A stretch of DNA of 64,000 nt from Orbicella franksi (Eukaryota). The stretch spans positions 16,554,001-16,618,000 of the forward strand of contig OZ116702.1 of NCBI GenBank assembly GCA_964199315.1. The letters run 5' to 3'. The number at the start of each line of letters is the position of its first letter. The stretch's first letter is position 1. The notes beneath the pieces are model-generated. The model was not told the origin of the DNA and did not search any database. It worked only from the letters and a program-made list of their open reading frames with translations. Below are positions 23,701 to 34,233 of the stretch, piece after piece. Position numbers and translations under genes: made by a program.

Positions 23701-26700
23701 TGATGAATTCATGCATGAAGAGAGTCAGCTTAAGATAATTAAAGACAATTATACCAAAGTCAAGGAACTACTTGATGATATGAAATATGGAGAAGATATA
23801 ACATTCCATCAATTTCTTCAAAAACTTCAATTATCAGAGTGTGATTACATTACAGCTATAAAGTATTCCTTGAAACGCCCAACATTATTACTTAAAAGAT
23901 CACCATCAGAAATAAGGGTAAATAATTATAATACTAACTTATTAAAAGCATGGCAAGCAAACATGGACGTACAATTTGTACTAGATCCCTACGCATGTGC
24001 TGTTTACATTTTGTCTTATATAACTAAAGGCCAAAGGGGTATTAGTAAATTGTTAGACAAAGCAAGCAAAGAGGCAAATTCGGGCAACAAAGATATTGTA
24101 AACAGAGTACGGCACATAGGAAATGCTTTCTTGAATGCTGCTGAAATTAGTGCCCAAGAAGCAGTTTATCTAGTTTTACAAATGCCTTTGAGAAGATCAT
24201 CTAGAGAATTTCAGTTTATTAATACTTCCAACCCAGATGAAAGGACATTTCTGCTGAAAAGCCATGACAAAATTAAAGAACTACCTGACAAATCTACTGA
24301 TGTAGAATCTGATAATGTTCTCAAACGCTATGGAAGAAGACCTAAACAGTTAAGTGATGTTTGTCTTGCAGATTTTATTGCTTGCTTCAACTGCATCAGA
24401 GATAAAGATAGTTCTTTTGATATTTCAAATCTTCAGGATGAATATCTTCCTGAAAGTGATTTTCATGAAAACACTGATGATGATCTTCACAGTAGTGATG
24501 AACATTTAGAAGCATCACTTGAATATCAAATGAGAGGGGGATTTAAAATTGTTAAGCGTCGAAAATCTAGAATTCTCAGATCTATAAGATTTCACAAAGA
24601 CAAAGACCCTGAAAACTATCATCGTGAGCAACTCATGTTGTATTACCCTTGGAGAAATGAACGTAAAGATTTACTTGGAAGTTCCCTTTCATATGAGGAA
24701 AGGTACAAGCAAGTGGAACATATAATAAATAAAAACAAAAAGAATTATGAGCACCACTCAAATGTCCTTGATGCAGCTGTTGATGACATACATGTACAGC
24801 ATCAAAATAATGAAGAAAATTCTCGACCTGTTGCTCCAAACGCCCAACATATCAATGACCAAGATCTTGCTTGTAAGACAAAACCAAGTGAACTATTTGG
24901 CTGTTTTGACCCAGGTACTAGTAAGGAATATAGTCAATGTGACATTTATAATGATAGTGGAATTTTGCCAAGGTCAAATGATGAAGAAGAACTGCAACAA
25001 AATAGAATAAGTGATAGTGATTACAGGAAACTTGTGCGCTCCTTAAAAAAAAAACAAAGAGAATTTTTTTACTATGTACTGCATTCTATCAAGACCAAAG
25101 ATGAACCTTTGAGATTATTGTTAAGTGGTGGAGCTGGAGTTGGGAAAAGTACAGTAACTAATGCATTATACCAAGTACTTGATAGATATCTTAACACAAT
25201 CCCACAAGAAAATCCTGACAACATTAAAGTCTTGAAAGCAGCACTTACAGGAAAGGCAGCATTTAATATAAAGGGGAATACATTGCATTCTGCATTCAAA
25301 ATACCAGTAAACAGAGGTTTTAGTTACTACACATTGGACAGAGATCGACTGAATACCATTAGAACACAATTAAGAAAGTTGCAAGTTATATTTATTGATG
25401 AAATCTCAATGGTAGGAAGTGGTATGTTTAATTTTCTCAATCTGAGACTCCAACAAATAACAGATACCAACAGACCATTTGGTGGCTTAAGTATAATTGC
25501 TGTAGGAGACTTATATCAACTGCAACCAGTTTTTGACAAGTGGATTTTTGAAAGAAGTAATGATGTTTACAGTGCATTTGCTACCAACATATGGAAAGAA
25601 TATTTTTCCATGTTTGAGCTAACAGAAATAATGCGCCAAAAGGATGATAAAGATTTTGCAGAACTGTTAAATCGTTTAAGAGAAGGGAAGCAGACCCAAG
25701 ATGATATCACAGTACTTAAATTAAGACTTCTGAAATCAAAACCAGGTGAATCAAATTATCCAGCCTCCCTGACACATGTATTTTCAAGCAATGCATTAGT
25801 AAACGCCAACAATGAAGCTGTGTTCAATTTGTCCCAAAGTGCAAAAGCTCAGATAAATGCTATAGACATTGTTATTGGTGATATATCCGATGAATTGAAA
25901 GATGAAGTAAAGAAAAAATCCCTGATGATCCTTCAAAAACAATGGGCTTATAGAAAAAACTTAATATTACAGTAGGATCAAAGTATGACTTGACTATAAA
26001 TGTTGACGTAAGTGATGGACTAACCAATGGAGCAGAATGTGTAGTGCAAGATATTGACTATAGAGTCGCAAAATCTCAGAGACCAAGCATTATTTGGGTA
26101 ACATTCTCAGATGGAAGTATAGGCAATAAGCAACGCAAAGAATATTCTTTTCTATTAAGAGATAAAATGGAAAACATGACACCAATTTTCGAAATAACGA
26201 GACAATTCAAAATATCCAACAGAAATCAACTTCAAGTTCTAAGAAGACAATTTCCTTTGAGACCAGCTGCAGCAAAGACTATCCATCGTTGCCAGGGTGA
26301 TACACTTAATGAATTAGTTGCTGACCTCCCCTCAACAAGTAGGGATCACATGCATTATGTTGCGCTTAGTAGAGCTCGTAATATTTCAGGATTACATATA
26401 CTTAACTTGAATGAAAAGAAAGTCTCTGTCTCCCTTAAAGTCAGTGAAGAAATGCACAGACTAAGAACACAACCATTAGAACCTTGTATTCCATCATTAT
26501 ATGAACAAACCTTGACAAATACCTTTAAAATCATTTTTCACAATGTAAGGTCTCTCCACTTGCATCATGAGGATGTTGCATCTGACTTTAATGTTCAGGA
26601 AGCTGATATAAATATTTGTGTTGAGACCTCTCTTTGTTCCTTAGACTCATCTTTCCATTACCAAATTGATGGTTTCAAGTTGTTCAGGAATGACTACTGC

Positions 26701-27198
26701 CCAAACAGCAATATTAGAACTTGTTATGGGACTGCAGTTTATGTAAAAGACACATTAACGTGTCTGACCACACCAACTAGGTTTAACATGAATGATGTAG
26801 AAATAACTGTTACAGTACTAAAAGACCCAATTCCAAATTTACACATAATAGGGATATATCGTTCAAAAAATAAAGTTCCACTGGAAGTCTTAATTAACAC
26901 ACTAAATCTGTTGTTGGATGCATTGCTACCAGAATCTTCCAGCACTACCCCAGTAGTAATACTTGGTGACTTCAATGTCAATCTTCTAGAGGAATCATCA
27001 AGCAAGAAGAAGCTCCAGAAATACTTTCAACAACAAAGACAGTCTACACAAATTATTTCTCAGTGCACAACAGATTACCATTCCCTCCTTGATCATATTT
27101 ATACTAGTATACCAGCTCAGGTAGAACACTCGGGTACTCTAGAATCCTATTTTAGTGATCACAAGCCAATATTTATTTGTTTGTCCCGTGGCAAATAA
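20788..27198 (+). pseudogene. Helentron polyprotein: 2A-like motif, OTU protease, Cys cluster, HUH Rep, Pif1 helicase, AP endonuclease
   Basis: OTU: GEGDCLFR...GTWAD...GHLGETHH. Rep: YRVEFQQRGSPHIHALFW and YILSYITK. Pif1: SGGAGVGKST, FIDEISMVG, VGDLYQLQPV, TIHRCQG, YVALSRA. APE: FHNVRSL, VETSL, LGDFNVNL, LDHIY, SDHKPI. Only two frameshifts (~23545 and ~25915). Confidence 0.95.
20935..20958 (+). other. 2A-like (StopGo) peptide core DIELNPGP
   Basis: REILIMSG-DIELNPG|P fits D-[V/I]-E-x-N-P-G-P, in frame 50 codons into ORF 20788. Confidence 0.8.
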
Positions 27199-28261
27199 AA
27201 CATCATGCGATTACTTTTCCTTTACAGTTGTAGCAATGGCTTCCTCAAGCCCTGCATCTTCACCCTCCAGTGACACAACAAGTAAGAACCTCTGATTAAT
27301 TTCCATTTTCTTTGCCTTTGAAAAATGAAGTTTCCACTCTTGTAACCCTTTAGCTCATATACCAAGTGTACAAAAGTAATAAACTGAAAAAAACTTTGAC
27401 AAAAATATTTACACAATATTCAAAAACTAACAGCACCACATAAAAGTAATTCTCACTAGCTTTCCAACAAGTGATAATTTCGATGGTTTTGTTCAAAGAT
27501 GATGAAGTTAGAACCACCTCGTTCAATGAAAATTTTACTTCAGTAGTCAAAGAGATAAAAAGAAGTTGAAATCCAGATAATAATACTGTTACTAATAATA
27601 ATAATAACAAAAAAAACAAAACAATATTCTTGTTAATATTTATACACTCTCTGGTGATCTGTTGTTATAGGGCAGAGCATAGGACTGCCCACTGGCCTTT
27701 TGAGCCCAAAATGTATGAAATTTGGAGGATCACCACCTTGCTCACCCAGCAAGATGACAGGTAAGATTTGATTTTCTATGTATTCAAGCATCTCTATGTA
27801 TTTAACAAATAGATTCCATTTTGCAGTACTCTTATAATACGCAGATAACATCAAAACGTGGCAAGAACAAAGAACAAAGAAGTACAGGGTGTGTATGCGA
27901 TGACCCACAGCCAAGTACCGTGACTCACATTCTTTCCACATTTTGATGTCCTCTGTGCATTATAAGAGTACACATGCACTGCCAAATGGAATCAATTTGT
28001 CTTATACAATGATTTTAAAAGCAAAATATTTTGAGATGAAAACCTTTCTGAGCGCAATTCATGATGTCAATCCTGCATCCATACTCTGATCAAAAACTCC
28101 CATAGGCCAATCAAAATGCACTCTACCATTTGCTACTACATGTATAATCAACACAGGTAAACAAGACTGGTCTAAAAGAGATTAAACAATGTTAATGTTG
28201 TAGGACAAGCCCTAACCATATATGATACAAACTCTTTTTAACATGTATGTTTTACCTTGCA

Positions 28262-29440
28262 GATTTGGTAGGGTATGTGCAACTCTGTACTGAAATACAG
28301 AAGAGTAGTCAGTCATCCAACACCTTCTTTGATGTCCATTTGCAAGTAGCACAAGAACAAAAAACAGTCTTCAAAGTAATGGTGAAGGCACACGAGTTTT
28401 CAAAACGCCAACTGTTTCTTGATGCCATGGTTGCACAAAAACCAATTATGGTAAAGCACTTACAAGTATCAAGCACTGGAACTCTTTTCTTCAATTACAG
28501 CAGTGAGGTATTTGATGCACCTCCACATGATGTGGACTTCAAATTTTCTCCACCAACAAAGGAAGTAACAAAGATTGACTCTTTGCTCACAAGCCTGACA
28601 TCTGGTATATTTACAGTGAGTGGAATGATTAAATGGAACGGCCCTGAAACTACTACAGAAAAAAATGGGGCTGTGGTGAGAGATGCGCTTCTCTACGATA
28701 GCACTGGCACAATCGAATTGTCTGTATGGCAAGATCATATCAAGCAACTGGATGAAAATAAATTTTACACCGTAACAGACACCAAACTGAGATATTATTA
28801 TGGCAAGTGTCTGTCTACAACCAAGACAACACAGATTATGAACGCTGAGCCACAAGACTTGTCTCAATGTGCCATAACCAAAGACAACACCCAATGGCTG
28901 TGCTGCCCAAGCATAATGAATGTAGCCATAAATGCCAACCCAGTTTGCAACAACGAAGACTGTTCAAAAAAGATCACTCTCAACACAGCAGGATCACAGG
29001 TAATCCACTGTCAAAGCTGCAACAGGGCAATGCTGTTGAAGCAATGTTACTATGAAATGAACATAAACTTCCACTTAGAGAAAGATGACACAATATACAA
29101 GGTTACTGCTTTTCCCAAAATAATCAGCGCCTTCCTATCCGAAGATATATACAGTTATAAACAAGACACCGACACCCTGATTGAAAAAATGCTGCTGATC
29201 GAAAATGTCGACTTCCAACTTTTGCCTAACCAAAGGCTTGTAACTAACATGAGACAGCACCCTCAGGAGGAAGTAACAGATGAACAGCTACTGAAATCCA
29301 TACCCAATGTCAGCAGCCAGGAGCAATCACAGGAATCTCAGCAAGGACAAAGAAGCAAACAAAGTACACCAAGACAAAAGGACAGAAACGCAACCAAGAA
29401 AACAAAGGACAAACCACTAAAATCCAACAAAGTTAACTAA
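28262..29440 (+). CDS. RPA1-like OB-fold ssDNA-binding protein with C4 zinc finger (Helentron accessory; probably last exon)
   Basis: VRDALLYDSTGTIELSVWQD (OB fold) and PVCNNEDCSKKI...HCQSCNRAML. A polypyrimidine/CAG acceptor lies at ~28250-28262. Confidence 0.8.
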   Translation, partial: DLVGYVQLCTEIQKSSQSSNTFFDVHLQVAQEQKTVFKVMVKAHEFSKRQLFLDAMVAQKPIMVKHLQVSSTGTLFFNYSSEVFDAPPHDVDFKFSPPTKEVTKIDSLLTSLTSGIFTVSGMIKWNGPETTTEKNGAVVRDALLYDSTGTIELSVWQDHIKQLDENKFYTVTDTKLRYYYGKCLSTTKTTQIMNAEPQDLSQCAITKDNTQWLCCPSIMNVAINANPVCNNEDCSKKITLNTAGSQVIHCQSCNRAMLLKQCYYEMNINFHLEKDDTIYKVTAFPKIISAFLSEDIYSYKQDTDTLIEKMLLIENVDFQLLPNQRLVTNMRQHPQEEVTDEQLLKSIPNVSSQEQSQESQQGQRSKQSTPRQKDRNATKKTKDKPLKSNKVN

Positions 29441-29474
29441 AAACAAAGATCAACAAGCAGTGGAACATTTAAAG

Positions 29475-29780
29475 GACAAACAAACTTTAATCTTTTCTGG
29501 TACAGTTCCCATTGATAGTGTTTCAGCAGTAAAATTGAAATGTTCAGTGTTGTTGTATTTAAAACAACCGCAAAATAGGATCAATTGCATTTTAACGACA
29601 AACAAACTTTGATCTTTCCTGTTGCAGTTCCCATCGATAGTGTGTCACCAATAAAATTGAAATGTTCACTGCTGCTGTGTTTAAAACAACTAGAAAAGAA
29701 GACCAATCACGTTTAAAGAAAAAGAGGATCAAGCACGTTCAAGGGACAAACAAACTTTATTCTGTCCTGTTTCCATTGAT
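29475..29780 (+). repeat. Tandem repeat, two ~122-bp copies plus a partial third
   Basis: GACAAACAAACTTT starts at 29475, 29597 and 29745. Confidence 0.8.
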
Positions 29781-29923
29781 ACTTCAAAGTACAATAGTAT
29801 GTACGCACTGACATTCAGTTGTGCAGTACAGTTGCGTTTACGAATAAATGTACCTTTACAGTTATTGTTAATAAACTGTTACTTGCTATTACAGTATTTC
29901 TTGAATAAACTATTCTTCTACTA

Positions 29924-29942
29924 GGGTGGTTTCGAAACTCCC
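29924..29942 (+). terminator. Candidate Helentron 3'-terminal hairpin
   Basis: GGGTG-GTTTCGAAAC-TCCC: a perfect 10-bp palindrome closed by GGG/CCC, just after AATAAA (29904) and followed by CTAAG. Confidence 0.5.
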
Positions 29943-30782
29943 ATTCAACTAAGTATATTAATCAATGAGCAAGACTCGAGATACAATGACTACAACAAAC
30001 GAATGAAATCGTGCGACAGAAAATGTATTACACTGCATTTGCAGCCACTCTATAGGCTTGATAATCTGCTATATCAGCTCCCTGACAGTATCTTACTTAC
30101 TCCACGAGCTTACCACAGGATGCCTTTGATTATTCCGAATAGTAACGATTTTATGCCACAAAACTGGCCTATTGTCTTTTCCACAAGTGGATTGTTGATT
30201 TTTCACCCCTAATTGCGTGACAAGGAATGGCGTGTTTTGTCCTTTGTGCCACTTTTGTCTGGCGCCCTAAAATTTTGCATTTTTAGTCGCCCAAAAATTT
30301 TATTGCGGTTATTTGAAGAAGAAACCCTGTTCTTTCACTGGATTAACTTGATGTAACTCCATGCCATGTACCAAGGTGCTATTTTACCCTGTCAATTTTG
30401 CCTTTTTTTTGTCCACCAAAATGAGTGAAATATTGAAGAAAAGCAAAAATTGCCCAAAAATTCAGTTTGCGATGGAATCGGACAAATAATATTTCAGACT
30501 GTTCGTAAACATGTGTTCTTTTCATTAAGATATTCAATGGCCAGATTTACCGTTTTGTTTATTTTTAAGCAAAGCTCAAATAATGCGTTGTTTGGAGCTC
30601 GTGAAACTGATGTGAAAGCCGCCAAACCGATTTTGTCGCCGTTCGCGTAAAATAAAAATCTAATCGAACTTACAGTATTTTTTCTAGAAATAGTTCATCC
30701 AGACCTATATCCTGGCAAAGTTTGGGGATTTTCGATTTTTTCATTTTGCATACCTCTAGGCGAAATTTTGGGACGATTGCTC

Positions 30783-31971
30783 TTAAGTTTTGGTAAGTGT
30801 ATATAAAACTATTACCAAAAAATAATAAAATATGACTAAGACTGTCACAACCAAATTATTTTTAGACAAAAGAAAAATACCTTTTAGAGAAAAAGAACTT
30901 GCAAAAGCAGGTTTGCTCTGGCCTGTGACTGCTGACTGAACCCCTTGAGTTAATGTATCTGAGTTTGCTTCTGTCTCAGCTGTGGCTATGTTGCTTGTAG
31001 CTGTCTGGACGGTGCAGTCTGTGGATGTGTTGGTTGTCAGGTTGTCTGTGACAGCGTGGTTTACCCTAGGCCTCCCAGTATCTCCTTCACTTTCTGTTTC
31101 CTGTGTCATTTTCATCAACTGCAATAAGTATGAAAACTGACCCATTAATCATTATTGCTACATCAAGCAAATCTTTAACCCTTCAGATATTCAATTTTTT
31201 GTATGAGCTATATAATATGCAGCTTAGGAGGAGGGACTGTTAAAGTACTAATCAATCAAATACCAGAGCCCATTGACTACCACATACAATTTACTGTAAT
31301 CTAAGGCAGTAAGCCTTATTAAAATGTTTTTACATCTTCGTAAGTAGGCAAATCAACGTCACTTTCATCACTGTTGTATGATTTCATAAACAGGGCATCC
31401 AAAATAGCTGTTTTCTTTCAAAGGTATAAGGTAATCCGGTTGTAAGACTTCCCAAGTTCCTCTTTGTATCGCTGTAGTGTAAATGGTTCCATTCCCCCTG
31501 GAAGGTACTTCACTTTGGTTCTATCAGGATACAGCAATACAAAACTGGTGGCACCACATAAACTTAAATCGCTGTTGAACTTCACAATCTTCTTGGTTCC
31601 TTAGCACCAATCGATGGCAACACTTTAAGCGGCAATGTCGACCCGTGGATTACTTTCAGCTCTCCGTCTTTTAACCTTATCAGGCCGATATGTATGGTGA
31701 CTTCACTCTCGCTGTTTTCCTTTCTCGCTTTCTTCACAGACTTCCTACTAACAAACCGCGAGCTTAGTTCCTTTCCTCTTCTTTCTCTATATTCCTCAAA
31801 GGTGACTGGAGTACTTTGATTTCGCTTTCTTTTTGAAGATTCCATTTCTAATTCAGCAACACACAAAGAATCGTCATCTTTTACTCCTATAGTTAACCCA
31901 CAACCATGACAAAATTTCGCCTCAGTGAGTAATCGTGAGCCACAACCCGAGCAAAACATGGCGAACAGCAA
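30783..31971 (-). pseudogene. 5' fragment of a transposon-borne double-zinc-ribbon gene (G2E3/HECT-like family, inferred)
   Basis: MFCSGCGSRLLTEAKFCHGCG, EVTIHIGLIRLKDGELK..GSTLPLKV and, after a frameshift, LYPDRTKVKYLPGGMEPFTLQRYKEELGKSYNRITLY. No HECT domain is present in the window. Confidence 0.5.
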
Positions 31972-32064
31972 AATTTGCGGGAAAAGCTGACCTGAACCTT
32001 AAGCTCTGGAGAGTCTGAAGACGAATTTGCCCAGTCCCTTTAGCCAAGTGCAGTGCATGATGTG

Positions 32065-32360
32065 TTCTTTTTTATTTGCAGTGTAATTTTTACTTGCAGC
32101 GTTCGTTTTTTTTGTTTGCAGCGTCTCTGGTATTTGCAGCATAAGTCTTTTATTTACAGTGCTCATTTTTTATTTGCGGCGTACTTTTTTATTTGCAGCA
32201 TTTGCTTTTTGTTTGCAGCGTTTCTTTTTTGTTTGCAGCATTTCTTTTTTGTTTGTAGCGTTTCTTTTTTGTTTGCAGCGTCTCTTTTTTGTTTGCAGCG
32301 TTTCTTTTTTGTTTGCAGCGTTTTTTTTTGTTTGCAGCATGTCCCTTGTGGGCCGTCGTA
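32065..32360 (-). repeat. ~21-bp subterminal tandem repeat ending in a TAC terminus (IS3EU-like end, tentative)
   Basis: Roughly ten copies of TTTTTTGTTTGCAGCG-like units, ending at GTCCCTTGTGGGCCGTCGTA (32360), which reads TACGACGGCCC on the minus strand. Confidence 0.6.
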
Positions 32361-32398
32361 CTATTGTGCAAGCGCAGTTCACCTCTCAGGAATCAAAG

Positions 32399-32525
32399 AT
32401 GGCAGATAACAAAGTCGAAATTGGATTGTTGCTACTGTTAAGCTGTAGAAATCGAAGAAAAGTTATGCAAAGACAAACACAAAAAAAAACCAAGAAAGGT
32501 CTGGATAAGAGACTTTCATTGTTAA
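32399..32525 (+). pseudogene. PIF/Harbinger transposase N-terminal stub
   Basis: MADNKVEIGLLLLLSCRNRRKV followed, after a slip in an A-run, by RKVWIRDF. This is the typical LLLL..RRR..VW.R start of Harbinger nucleases; nothing further follows. Confidence 0.45.
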
Positions 32526-32611
32526 GGGCCACTGCTATTTTACATAAATAATTTTGTTCTGATAACCAAAAACAAGCACAGTTTTCAGTCAAGGCATTAC
32601 ATGTGCACAGT

Positions 32612-34017
32612 ATGGATCTTTTATCCCAGTATGAAAGTTCAGAAGACAACGAGACCTGTGGTGGCGAGGATAGCCCGGGTGTACAGTATATTTAATTACA
32701 TACAGCCAAGCAGATAACAGAGCAATACCAACTAGACAAGGTTTCGCAGATATAGTGCTGGAAGCTGTCAGAGCAACAGATGCTTCCAAGGTGCTGTGGG
32801 TGTGCACCCAGGAAAGGCATCAATCTGGCCAAACAGAGGGAAAGTTTGGAGTTCACTTTCACGTTGTGATAAACCTCAACAAAGTAAAACGCTGGAATAC
32901 AATGCGGTGTTACATCAAGGAAAACTGGAGAATTAATGTTCATTTCTCTAGCAAACACTGCAATTATTATTCTGCCTGGGTATATGTGACAAAAGCGGGT
33001 GACAGTTATGTCGAGTTGTCAAATCACCCAGATCTAACAAACGAAGGACACCTCGGACGTTGACTGCCAGTCAAACCTTGGTAAGCCGCACACATGTGCG
33101 AGAGCCGGGAAGTGACAAAGAGAGCAGTGGTGGTGATTCGGGTGAAGAGGGCAGTTCGAGTTGAGCAGACAAGAATCTAAGCCGTTCACGTTTGAGTGTT
33201 TTTGAGGTCTCGGACAAAGGTATTAAAACTCGCACTGAGCTGCTGGCTTTGGCAAATGAACAAAAGCAGGCGAAGACGGACTTGGCAGAGTTTATCCTTA
33301 ACAGGGGACCGAAAGCTGTTGCAGAAGTACTAAGTACATGTACTGGCTGGGAAATGGCGGAGTCTAACAAGAGGCTTCAAAGAAGCAGGTTATCTCAGCT
33401 GGAAATCTTAGAAAAAGCCAAGGAAGGCACTTGTCCTGATGATTGCAATGGTATCTGGTTTAATTGTGCCCTAGAGGTATTGGAGTGGAACGGAATTTCC
33501 CACCAATCGTTTGCGGAAGCAGTCATGAACCTACTAGAGAAAGGCTGTGGTAAATTTTACAATATTCTTCTTGTTACAGCCACTTACTGTCAACTTCGAA
33601 ACCTTTTTGAATCCAGCAACCACTACCTTCGCATGGGTTAGCGAGGAGCAGTCAGAAGTCATTTTTCTAAACGACTTTCGTTGCAGCCCCCAAATAATAC
33701 CGTGGCACGATCTTCTTCTAATGTTAGAGGGACAGCCTGTACACCTACCAACCCCGAAGTCACACATTTGCAAAGACATTGTGTTTGATAAGAACACGTC
33801 TATATTTGGCACTAGCAAGCACGAGTTAGTTTTTGTACAAGGGGGTGTGGTCAATGAGAGGGAAACTGAGATGATGCGGGTACCATGGCGAATTTTCCAT
33901 CTTAGCCGCCCAATTCTACAGCAAGACTAAAAAGCAGTACCACCGTGTGGAAAATGCTTTCCACATCTAGTACTCAGTGAAATCATAAGGGCGTCTAGTG
34001 GAGAATACGAGGACTGA
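32612..34017 (+). pseudogene. HUH endonuclease + SF3 helicase Rep (CRESS/parvovirus-like), intronless, degenerate
   Basis: Motif I VYLITY (32686), motif II VHFHVVI (32851), motif III YVTK (32983). Helicase part: KFYNILLV, [Walker A missing], QPL, AWV, Walker B VIFLNDF, LLLMLEG, motif C IFGTSK, ETEMMRVPW, PPCGKC. Several frameshifts and stops. Confidence 0.85.
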
Positions 34018-34133
34018 ACACTTTATAGGGACTATAACCAGGCAGAGGGCTAAAATTATTTTATTTTCTTTGAAATTGTGACCATTTCCATATTCCTCGA
34101 AAGCAGTTAATAGGACAATCACTGTCTTTTGGA

Positions 34134-34233
34134 GGGCATATAGTTTAACTGTGGCCCAAGCAGTATCATTTGCACCCAAGTGGAGCAAGGGTGCAAAATG
34201 ATGCTATGAGGGACATAAATAAACTATATGCCC
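34134..34233. repeat. 100-bp imperfect palindrome (hairpin)
   Basis: Outer arms GGGCATATAGTTTA / TAAACTATATGCCC (14 bp, perfect); inner arms ATCATTTGCACCC / GGGTGCAAAATGAT; 11-nt loop. Confidence 0.85.

Larger units (their letters stand above)
20050..29942 (+). mobile_element. Helentron (endonuclease-encoding Helitron2-type rolling-circle transposon)
   Basis: OTU-Rep-Pif1-AP endonuclease polyprotein plus an RPA-like gene, with a candidate 3' hairpin at 29924-29942. The 5' end is not defined and 20050 is approximate. Confidence 0.9.

Noticed and set aside
30770-30786. Kolobok/piggyBac-like end GGGACGATTGCTC|TTAA (and TTAA|GGGCCACTGC at ~32522)
   Set aside because: No partner inverted end was found for either, so no element can be delimited.
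32053-32551. Phe/Cys-rich and Lys-rich ORFs on both strands
   Set aside because: They are translations of the 21-bp tandem repeat.
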